DNA from: Kiritimatiellia bacterium
GTDB taxonomy: Bacteria > Verrucomicrobiota > Kiritimatiellia > JAAZAB01
Direction of reading: 5' to 3'
DNA length: 64,000 bases
Assembly: GCA_040767085.1 (NCBI GenBank)
Contig: JAXGPF010000012.1
Location: 136,646 to 200,645, forward strand
This document shows, in pieces, positions 38,845 to 47,241 of the stretch (positions are counted from its first letter, which is position 1; every line of letters begins with the position of its first letter). Below the pieces are notes generated by a model, which was given only the letters and a program-made list of their open reading frames with translations, did no database searches and was not told the origin of the DNA. A program made the translations under genes and the position numbers.

Positions 38845-38867
38845 GGTGGTTTCCTGAAAATACCACC
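38845..38867. promoter_or_regulatory. Palindromic operator GGTGGT-N11-ACCACC
   Basis: tggtttcctgaaaataccacc versus tggtattctaaaaataccacc at 27958. Confidence 0.55.
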
Positions 38868-38928
38868 GATTTCGTTTCCCGGCGCGGGTGCGGTCTATTA
38901 TCTTTATGGATAAATGAAAGGAAATACC

Positions 38929-39870
38929 ATGCCGAATAAAGAACCGTTGGTTTATCTGAAGGGCCGGTTCATGCCGGCGGCCGAGGCGCATGTGGCGATT
39001 TACGACGCGGCGGTGGTGATGGGCGTGACGGTCACCGATCTGCTGCGCACGTTCAATCACAAGCTCTTCCGGCTGGAGGATCATATCGCCCGGTTTTACC
39101 GTTCCTGCCGTTATGCGCGGATCAATCCGCCCATCGGCCCGGAAGAAACCGTGCGCGTCTGCGCCGAACTGGCGGAGAAAAACGCGGCTTTGCTCCCGCC
39201 GGAATCGGACCTGGCGCTGGTGCTGTTCATCTCGCCCGGCGAATTGAAGCTTTATGCCGGCAGCGCCGGCATGTCCGGGGCAATGCAGCCGACTTTCTGC
39301 ATCCACACTTTCCCGCTGGCGTTTCAGCTCTGGCATCGGGCGTTCACGGACGGTATCCACGTCGTCACGCCTTCGATCCGGCACGTGCCGCCCCAGTGCG
39401 TGGATCCGAAGATCAAGCATCGCAGCCGCATGCACTGGTGGCTGGCGGATCATGAAGCGCACCTGGCCGATCCGAAGGCCGTGGCCTTGTGCCTGGACCT
39501 GGCCGGCAATGTCACCGAAACCGGCGGCTCGAATTTTGCCATCGTCCGCGATGGCGCGGTCATCACCCCCCCGCGCCGGCAGGTGCTCTGGGGGATCAGC
39601 CTGGCGACGGTGAGCGGCCTTTGCCGGAAATTGCAACTGCCGTTCATCGAGCGTGAAATCCAGGTTTACGACATCGTCAATGCCGACGAGGCCTTCATGC
39701 CGACCACGCCGTATTGCATGGCGCCCGTAACTAAAATCAACGGCTTGCCGATCGGTTCCGGCCGTCCCGGGCCGGTGTTCCAAAAAATTATCGGCGAGTG
39801 GAGCCGGATGGTCGGGCTGGACATTGTCGGCCAGATCATGCAGGGCGGCGCCGGCCTGGATCAAGCGTAG
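38929..39870 (+). CDS. PLP-dependent aminotransferase class IV, 313 aa
   Basis: FRLEDHIARF, DPKIKHRSR (PLP lysine), ETGGSNF, LWGIS, ADEAF; RBS gaaagga. Confidence 0.93.
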   Translation: MPNKEPLVYLKGRFMPAAEAHVAIYDAAVVMGVTVTDLLRTFNHKLFRLEDHIARFYRSCRYARINPPIGPEETVRVCAELAEKNAALLPPESDLALVLFISPGELKLYAGSAGMSGAMQPTFCIHTFPLAFQLWHRAFTDGIHVVTPSIRHVPPQCVDPKIKHRSRMHWWLADHEAHLADPKAVALCLDLAGNVTETGGSNFAIVRDGAVITPPRRQVLWGISLATVSGLCRKLQLPFIEREIQVYDIVNADEAFMPTTPYCMAPVTKINGLPIGSGRPGPVFQKIIGEWSRMVGLDIVGQIMQGGAGLDQA

Positions 39871-41045
39871 CGGCCGTAGCGCTGAATCGCCGCCATGGCC
39901 AGCCGCATGCTGGTCAGCCGGGTGCCGTTGTTGATCGAGCCGGCGGTTGTGAACCGCAAACCGCGCTCCAGGCGCGTCTGGTTGAAATCCCGCAGAAATT
40001 CCATGACGATGCCCATCTCGTCGTTCCGGCTATAGGTGAAAGGCGCCAGTTGGCCGTTAATCACCGCGCGCGGCAGATGCCGCCGGATTTCCGCCACGGT
40101 TACCGTCGGGCCGAAATTCGTCCCGGTCAGGTTGAGCCGGCCGAGGATGGGCAGGATATGCGACATGGCCGAATCGCTGTGCTGGTAACGCCGGTCGCCG
40201 GGAGCGGGGCTGTAAACGTCAAAGATGCCCTGGAGGATGGGGAAGGCGAATTCCTCGTACATGGCGGGCGTGAGCAGGCAGCAGTTGTCATCGGCAAAAC
40301 TGAAGCCATGCGGCGCGGTGGCAGGGGTGTAGCCCGCCTCTTCATCCAGCACCTTCGCCCGCGCGAGCATGCCCTTCAGGATCGCATCGCGCAGACGGGC
40401 GGCCAGCGGCGGATCGTCCAGGATCAGGAAGAGCAGTGGTTCCACGCCGTAAATCGAGGTGGCAAAAGTCACCGGCCCGCGTTGGTAGCGGTAAAGCGGC
40501 GGCTTGACGCCCTGTGCCATGAGGCGTTCCTTTGCGGCCGGCCATTCCGGCGGCAGAAAAAATAATTTCGGATTTTCCAGCCGGCGCGCCACCCGGTCCA
40601 GCAGCGCCGCCAATTCCGACGCGTCATGGGCGGACTGTTCCAGCCACCACGACTGGTCATGCCACACGTTTTTGGCGTCAAACAGATCGCCCAGGGTCTT
40701 GACGGGCGGATATTCCCGGCCGGGATCGCGCGGAGTTTCTCCGAGCAGGCGCCGGCCGACGATTTTTTCCGCCTGGTCGTTGTAGGCCTTGTGCAGTTCC
40801 AGGCGCCAGGCATCGTCGTGCTGGTAGCGCCAGTAATCCTCCGGCACGCCCAGCTCGCTGTAAACGCATTCGCCTGTGAGGCTGGCGCCGAAGGCCGGCT
40901 GGGGAATATGCGCGCCGAACGGATCGGCCTGGGCGATGGCCTGGTCCGCCCAGAATTGCTCCAGATTCACCGGCGCCAGCCCGGCGTTCGCATGCGTTGC
41001 CTTAACCAGGTCCTCCGCCAGTTTTCGATCGTCATGGTTGTGCAT
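39861..41045 (-). CDS. Uroporphyrinogen-decarboxylase superfamily protein, 394 aa
   Basis: RGPVTFATSIYGVE, FADDNCCLLTPAMYEEFAFP, HSDSAM, NGQLAP, TAGS. Start moved to ATG 41045 (RBS gaaagg). Confidence 0.8.
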   Translation of the reverse strand: MHNHDDRKLAEDLVKATHANAGLAPVNLEQFWADQAIAQADPFGAHIPQPAFGASLTGECVYSELGVPEDYWRYQHDDAWRLELHKAYNDQAEKIVGRRLLGETPRDPGREYPPVKTLGDLFDAKNVWHDQSWWLEQSAHDASELAALLDRVARRLENPKLFFLPPEWPAAKERLMAQGVKPPLYRYQRGPVTFATSIYGVEPLLFLILDDPPLAARLRDAILKGMLARAKVLDEEAGYTPATAPHGFSFADDNCCLLTPAMYEEFAFPILQGIFDVYSPAPGDRRYQHSDSAMSHILPILGRLNLTGTNFGPTVTVAEIRRHLPRAVINGQLAPFTYSRNDEMGIVMEFLRDFNQTRLERGLRFTTAGSINNGTRLTSMRLAMAAIQRYGRYA

Positions 41046-41321
41046 ATGGTGCCTTTCCAAAATGGGTGAATTCTTGAACAAATCGGATTGAAATGCAATG
41101 CCAGATTTCCGATCGCGCGAATGTAACCGCTCAGAATGCACGGAGCAGAACAAGTTTAGCCGCAAAAAACACAAGATGCAAAAATTCTTCCACGTGGTTT
41201 GACGTCATGTCGATATATTAATTATTATTTGAATTTTGATTGACATTTGAGGCGTACTTTGTTTTTATATTGTTAAATATGTAAAATATATGTGTAATTA
41301 TAGTGGTTATATAACAGAATA
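41046..41321. promoter_or_regulatory. AT-rich divergent promoter region
   Basis: Sharp AT enrichment at 41210-41321 between divergent genes; TTGACA at 41240, but no well-spaced -10 identified. Confidence 0.4.
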
Positions 41322-42518
41322 ATGCAAAATATAGATATATATCATGTAGGCAAATCCAAGAAGTTCCGGGATATTGTCAGATATGTGTGGCGCCGGCGCG
41401 GGATGGCGACCCGCTCGGATGTAGCGCGCGATCTGCATTTAAGCAATGCCACGGTATTCCCGGCAATTGATCAGTTGACGCGCGCCGGAATTCTGGAGAA
41501 TGTTCCATTGCAATCCAATGCCAAGGGGCGTAAACCCAGCGGGCTCCGAATTGCCGGGCGGCAATGTTTTGCGCTTGGCATATCCCTGCACAGGGAACGG
41601 GCCGAGATCGCGGCTTTGGACGCCAGCCAGCAGGTAATCTGTCAAATTGAGATGGAAAAATTGCCAACCAAGGGCGATGCGCTTTTCAAACAATTGCTGC
41701 CGGCCTTGATTAAATTCATGGGCGCCAATGGGCTTCAAGCATCCCGCCTGGCGGGGGTGGGCGTGGTTTTGCCCGGGTTTGTGGATCACAAGCATGGCAT
41801 TGTCAGGCAATCATCCTGTTTTGACGCCCGGGTTCAAGTTCCGGTTGCCGCTTTTGTCGAAAAAGCCCTGGGTTGCCGCTGTATGGTGCTCAGCACCGCC
41901 CCAGTGCTGGCGCTGACGGAAAAGGAATGGGGTCTGGCCTCGGAAATGTCAACGTTCCTGTATTATTGCGGTATGGGACTGGGAATGTTTCTGGACGGGA
42001 AGCTGTTCATGGGGCATCAGAGTTACGGCGGCGAACTGGGTTTTATGAAATTCAACGACGACCGCAAACCCGACGCCGACAGCCGCACCGGCACTTTTCA
42101 CTGGGCCTCGCCCTTCCGCCAGGTCGGGCTGCGGCTGGAAACCCTGATTAAGCAAGGCGCGGAAACCATGGCCGCGGCCTGGCTGGCGGAAGGACGCGCC
42201 CTGTCCCTGGATTTGATTATCGAGGCTGCGCTCCAGGGCGATGCCCTCTGCCGCGGCCTGGTTGCCGAGGGCTTCCAGGTGGAAGCTGAAATGATGGTGA
42301 GCCTGAATTACCTGTTTAATCCGGAGGCGATTTTTTTGCAGCCCTGGACCGCGCAATGCCCGGATATATCGCTGGACATTGTCAACCGCCGGCTGGAGTT
42401 GTGCCGGGTGATCAATCCGGATGTCAAGGTCAAGGCCATGGCTGCAAGGCATGGCCGGGCTGACCTGGCACGCGGGGTGGCCATGCTGCCGCTGAACCGG
42501 TTTTTGAGCGGTGCATAA
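41322..42518 (+). CDS. ROK-family transcriptional regulator, 398 aa
   Basis: TRSDVARDLHLSNATV, GRKP, GVGVVLPGFVD, GLGMFLDG...GGELG; lacks the CxCGxxGC zinc motif. Confidence 0.9.
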   Translation: MQNIDIYHVGKSKKFRDIVRYVWRRRGMATRSDVARDLHLSNATVFPAIDQLTRAGILENVPLQSNAKGRKPSGLRIAGRQCFALGISLHRERAEIAALDASQQVICQIEMEKLPTKGDALFKQLLPALIKFMGANGLQASRLAGVGVVLPGFVDHKHGIVRQSSCFDARVQVPVAAFVEKALGCRCMVLSTAPVLALTEKEWGLASEMSTFLYYCGMGLGMFLDGKLFMGHQSYGGELGFMKFNDDRKPDADSRTGTFHWASPFRQVGLRLETLIKQGAETMAAAWLAEGRALSLDLIIEAALQGDALCRGLVAEGFQVEAEMMVSLNYLFNPEAIFLQPWTAQCPDISLDIVNRRLELCRVINPDVKVKAMAARHGRADLARGVAMLPLNRFLSGA

Positions 42519-42543
42519 GGAGAATCATTACACTGGAGATAAC

Positions 42544-45500
42544 ATGCAAACGAAACCATTTTTAATGCTGGGGTTGTGCTTGTTCCGGTTCCTGCCCGGC
42601 GCGGATGCCGTTGACCTGCAGGAGGCCAGTTACGCCAAATATTTTGACCGGGCCCAGGCGTTGATTCCGGGAGTGACGGTGGTGGAGCAATCCCTGGTTG
42701 ATGCCGATGCCTGGGAAATCAAGGGCGGCCGGCTGGTTGGCGCGGATGGCGGCATGCGGGTGGAGGCCGATGCCGCCAGCGTGGATTTGATCTGGAAGGG
42801 GCGTTTTCCGCCCGCCGACAGCCAGGATGTCCGGTTGGAATGGCGGATTACGGCGGATGCGCCGGCCCAGGTCATGTGCCATGTATTCACGGACGAACGC
42901 TTCAACCGGGTCGGCGGGTGGCAGCCGGCAGATGGCAAGACGAACAGCGTTCTTGTTTATACGCCGCCCTGGCGCCGTTATGGCGATTTGGACAAGCAGA
43001 GATTTGACGGGGTAAAATTTTCAGTCCACGGCACAAATCTGGCGGGTTCGGCGTTTACCGTCAAATTGGCGCGGCTGAAATCGGATTATTCCGAAGGATT
43101 TTTCCGTTGCAACCTGGAGCTTCCAGCCGGGGAAATATGGTCGGCCGCGGCCGAGGTCGGCGACGCGGTCACCCTGTATGTGAACGGGCGGCCGGTGGAT
43201 GATGCAACGATCATCATGCCGCGGCCGACTTCGAAGGGATCAAGTTATTACCTGTCGCGCCGGGTGGACTTGCAGAAATATTTCGTCCAGGGCCGCAACG
43301 TGCTGGGCATGCACGTCAGGCGGACGGGTAACGCGCCGGCCGCATATTTGCGCGGGGCGGTGATCATGGCGGACGGCCGGCGCATGCCGCTGGATAGCAA
43401 TACCGATTGGGTGTGGCACAATGCCGCTCCCGGCGGCTGGGCCGACCCGGGTTACGATGACTCAGGATGGCGCAGGATTTTGGACCGGCATGCGAGCGCC
43501 AAGGATACGAAGCAGTCTTTCGGTTATCGCGGCCAAGACGCCATGGCCTCGCGTATCACGGCTTTCGGGTTCTCCTACCGACCGCGGGGCAATCTGCCTT
43601 GCTATGACGGATTAATCCGGCTGTGCAATCCAGCGGACAATAAATTGTTCTTCAATGAAGATAAAGATTTTCTGCTGGAAATCTGGATTCCGCCCGGATT
43701 CAAGGGCAAGCAGCCGGAACTGGCCTGGGAAATCCAGCGGTATCATCCGGATGGAACATTTGAGGAAGCGGCGCAAGGCAAGGTGGTAAAATTCGATTTG
43801 GCGGAATCCCAAACCGAAGGGGTGTCCGAAGCACCGGTTAAATCTTTGGTTGGGAAAATAAATTCCGTGCGTCTGCCGCGCGGGATTTACGTGCTCACCA
43901 GCCGGTTGCGGGTCAATGGTGAAGTAATCGAGGAACGCGATCCGGAGGCGCTGGTGGTGACCGGGCGGGTGCGGATGGAAAAAGTCGCCGGGGACACCCT
44001 GGAGCAGGGGCTGGACCTGGCGCTGGAGCAGACGATTGACTTTACCGACCCGGCCGATCCGCATCCGTGGTTTGAGACAGATCACAAGGGTCCGATACCG
44101 GCGGGGCGCTGGGGCAGCAATTACTATCACACGGTTGAGCCGGCGCTGATCGTCGAGCGCAACGGCTTGAAATACCGGACGACGCGGCCGGTGGATTGGG
44201 CGCAGTTTTCCTGCCAGGTGGAATTCGGGCATCCGGGCGACTGGTACCTGCTGGCGCTGGAGTACCCGGACGATGCCGAACGCTGGATCGGCGTGTCGTG
44301 CAATGCCGACCGGCCGGCGGATCATTTGCGGAAGGCGAAGCCGGAAGAGCGGTACAGCGCGAGTTCGAAATGCGGGCCGGCGATCTGGACGGGGGGCAAG
44401 TATCCCAACACCGGCCGAATGCTGGAGATGAAGTGGCTTTACCGGCCGGACCCGGGCGGGCATGCGATTAATGTGATGTCGTTAATGAAAGACACCGCGG
44501 CGGCGGCGGCAAGATTGAAGGTATATCACGTCCAGGGGCGCCTGAGCGAGCTGGATGCCGGCGGCCGCCCGGAATTTGCGCAGCGCCGGTTCGGCATGGT
44601 GACCGAGCGCACTTATCCCTGGGTGAACGGCATTTACAACCTGTTCAGTTCGTTCGACAGCGGGCAGGTCATCTTACGCGGTGATCAGGGCGCTGGGCAA
44701 TACACCAACAATGCCATTGTTGACTGGTGCGAGCATCTGCGGCTGCTGGAGGACGCCGCCAGCCATTACGCCGAATACATGCGGTTTGCCGGGCAGAACC
44801 TGCACGCCATGGGGTGTTTCCAGTACGGCGATGACAATACGGCGTCGCAATATATCACCGGCGATCCGCGGATTCATGACAGCTCGGAAAACATGCTCGC
44901 CCGCGTATTGGCGGCCAATGGCCTGATGTTTTACGCCTCGGTGGAATTCATCTGCACCCAGCGCTTGGGGCGTAAGACGCCTAAGCCGGAATGGTTTTTC
45001 ACCGACCGCGAAGGCAATAACCAGGTTGCCATGTGGGCCGGTAAATTCCGGAATCTCAATTTTCTGCATCCCGAAGTAGAGTCGGAAATGATCGAGGTGG
45101 CGCGGCAGTTGGCGGAATGTTACAAGCATCAGCCGAATTTCCTGGGCATCAACTGGACCGCTTATTTCGACGGATTCTTCATCCCCAGCTATCGCAGCAC
45201 CGGCGCGCCGGCGCCGGCGTTGGACCCGATGGAAAGAGGTTACGGCGATTTAACCATCGGCATGTTCGAAAAAGATACCGGCATCAAAATTCCGGTTGCC
45301 GGCGCGAACCGTGAACCTTCCGCCTGCGAACAACGCTACCAGTTCCTGACTTCCGCGGAAATGAAGCCGGTATGGCTGAATTGGCGCGCCCGGAAGATGG
45401 CGGAATTTTTCGCCAAGGTCAACCAGGCCATCGGTGCAGTCCGGTCGGGGCTGGAAACTGTAGCCGGATGCTATTTGAATACCGCGCACATCTCGGAGTG

Positions 45501-47184
45501 GAAAGCCCGGAATATCCTCTTCCCGGATTACCTCGATCAATGGGGCTGGAATCCGGAAACGTTTCAGGAGCTGGAAGGAGTCTGGTTGATGCCCTGGTTG
45601 CCGGTGGCGGCGCGTTACGCGCCCGCGGCGCGCGCCCATGGATACGCGTTCGGCTGGCAGGGCAACCATGACCCGGATTTCTACCGTCCGTTTAACATTT
45701 TGAATAAACGGGCGATGATGCTGCATGCCGGTTGGATCGAAGTCGAGCGCATTGCGGCGAATTATCCTTACCGGGCGGGCTGGCCGCGGCCGTACCAGCA
45801 GACGATGATGGGGCAGCAGCGGGAGGAGATGGCGCTGGAGCCCTATACCCAGGCCATGATCGGGATGGACCCGCAAATGGTAATGATGGGCTTCACCGAT
45901 GTGTCGCCTTACGTGGGCGTGGAGGGGATGCAGCGTAAATTCGCGCGCGTGCTCCGGCGTCTGCCGTGGGGCCGGTTCGAGCCGGTATTGAACACGGGGT
46001 TTGACTCAAACTTCGCCATCCGCGCGCTGCGCGCGGGCAATGATTATCTTTTCTATGTCGCCAATCCGGGATACTGGCCGGTCACCGGGACGGTGACGCT
46101 GGCCAATGCCGGGGAAGTCATTGACCTGGTGTCGGGGAAATCCGCGGCGGTGCAGGACGGCGCCATCCGGGTGGCGCTGGAGCCGTTTGGCATTGCCGCC
46201 TTCCGCGCATCTGAAATCTCAAACTTGTCCCGCGCCCAGCGGGATTTGAAACCTCAAATGCCGCAAATCACTGCCTGGACGGCCGACCCGCTCCCGGCAT
46301 CGGAGCTGGCGCATATGCAAAACATGCTGCGACTGGCGGAGGATGCGGCGGCGCAGCCGGGGATGGCGGAATTTCTCGGCGCGCAGGATTATGGGGTTTT
46401 GACAGGCGGCATGGCGGCGGCGGAACATGCGCTGGGTGAAAGCCGGTATGCGGCAGCCTGGGCGGCCCTGGCCGATGCGGGATTCTGGACAGTCGTGCGC
46501 CAGCAGGCGCCGGAAATAAAATTCCTGGAATTCACGCGGCTGCGCGAGATGCCGGCGCCGCTGCTGGATGACGGCCTGGCGCCCGTGATTGACGGCGTCT
46601 TGGATGACCACGTCTGGAACGATGAAATTACAAAACCTGCCGGACGTTTTGTCACGATTGGCAAGGCCTATTCCGAATTGGAGACAGATGTGCGCGTGGC
46701 GGCCGCCGCCGGCAAGCTGTGGCTGGCTTTTGAAATGCGCGATCCGGAACCGGCTAAAGTCCGCGGCGTCACCGACAGGGAAAATGTCCGGGGCACCATC
46801 TGGGGTTCCGGCGACGATATCGCGGTGTTTTTCATCATGCCCAATGCATCCAATTATTACCAGTTGGCGGTCACCGCCAACGGCGCGGTCTTTGCCCAGC
46901 AGAATTACCTGCGGGACGGCCGCCGCACCGGGGTGAATTACGATTATGCGCCGGACTGGAAAGCCGTTGCCGCCCGGAGCGATCAAGGCTGGAACGTTGA
47001 GGTGGAATTTGAACTGGCGGATGCCTTCGGAGAACGAATCCGGAATGGTGACGCGTGGAAATTCAATTTTCACCGGATGTTCCGCCTGAAGCAATATCCG
47101 CTGGAATCATGGTCCTTTAATCCCGGGGACTTGCATTCCATCGGACATTTCGGGACCGTGCGCTTTGAAAAACCGGAACGTTGA
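42544..47184 (+). CDS. Very large secreted glycoside-hydrolase-like protein with C-terminal CBM9-like domain (paralog A), 1546 aa
   Basis: Signal peptide; jelly-roll LYVNG...GRNVLG; barrel-like LNFLHPEV, GYGDLTIGMFEKDTGI; CBM9-like PVIDGVLDDHVW, YYQLAVTANG, WKFNFHR. RBS ggag. Confidence 0.7.
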   Translation: MQTKPFLMLGLCLFRFLPGADAVDLQEASYAKYFDRAQALIPGVTVVEQSLVDADAWEIKGGRLVGADGGMRVEADAASVDLIWKGRFPPADSQDVRLEWRITADAPAQVMCHVFTDERFNRVGGWQPADGKTNSVLVYTPPWRRYGDLDKQRFDGVKFSVHGTNLAGSAFTVKLARLKSDYSEGFFRCNLELPAGEIWSAAAEVGDAVTLYVNGRPVDDATIIMPRPTSKGSSYYLSRRVDLQKYFVQGRNVLGMHVRRTGNAPAAYLRGAVIMADGRRMPLDSNTDWVWHNAAPGGWADPGYDDSGWRRILDRHASAKDTKQSFGYRGQDAMASRITAFGFSYRPRGNLPCYDGLIRLCNPADNKLFFNEDKDFLLEIWIPPGFKGKQPELAWEIQRYHPDGTFEEAAQGKVVKFDLAESQTEGVSEAPVKSLVGKINSVRLPRGIYVLTSRLRVNGEVIEERDPEALVVTGRVRMEKVAGDTLEQGLDLALEQTIDFTDPADPHPWFETDHKGPIPAGRWGSNYYHTVEPALIVERNGLKYRTTRPVDWAQFSCQVEFGHPGDWYLLALEYPDDAERWIGVSCNADRPADHLRKAKPEERYSASSKCGPAIWTGGKYPNTGRMLEMKWLYRPDPGGHAINVMSLMKDTAAAAARLKVYHVQGRLSELDAGGRPEFAQRRFGMVTERTYPWVNGIYNLFSSFDSGQVILRGDQGAGQYTNNAIVDWCEHLRLLEDAASHYAEYMRFAGQNLHAMGCFQYGDDNTASQYITGDPRIHDSSENMLARVLAANGLMFYASVEFICTQRLGRKTPKPEWFFTDREGNNQVAMWAGKFRNLNFLHPEVESEMIEVARQLAECYKHQPNFLGINWTAYFDGFFIPSYRSTGAPAPALDPMERGYGDLTIGMFEKDTGIKIPVAGANREPSACEQRYQFLTSAEMKPVWLNWRARKMAEFFAKVNQAIGAVRSGLETVAGCYLNTAHISEWKARNILFPDYLDQWGWNPETFQELEGVWLMPWLPVAARYAPAARAHGYAFGWQGNHDPDFYRPFNILNKRAMMLHAGWIEVERIAANYPYRAGWPRPYQQTMMGQQREEMALEPYTQAMIGMDPQMVMMGFTDVSPYVGVEGMQRKFARVLRRLPWGRFEPVLNTGFDSNFAIRALRAGNDYLFYVANPGYWPVTGTVTLANAGEVIDLVSGKSAAVQDGAIRVALEPFGIAAFRASEISNLSRAQRDLKPQMPQITAWTADPLPASELAHMQNMLRLAEDAAAQPGMAEFLGAQDYGVLTGGMAAAEHALGESRYAAAWAALADAGFWTVVRQQAPEIKFLEFTRLREMPAPLLDDGLAPVIDGVLDDHVWNDEITKPAGRFVTIGKAYSELETDVRVAAAAGKLWLAFEMRDPEPAKVRGVTDRENVRGTIWGSGDDIAVFFIMPNASNYYQLAVTANGAVFAQQNYLRDGRRTGVNYDYAPDWKAVAARSDQGWNVEVEFELADAFGERIRNGDAWKFNFHRMFRLKQYPLESWSFNPGDLHSIGHFGTVRFEKPER
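43573..44308 (+). repeat. ~735-bp near-identical direct repeat; second copy at 48292-49027
   Basis: Offset 4719 bp; about 5 substitutions seen by eye. Confidence 0.9.
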
Positions 47185-47241
47185 CATTGCCGGCAGAATT
47201 ACCGGATTCAGCCTTTCATCTAATCGTTATCAGGAGAAAAA

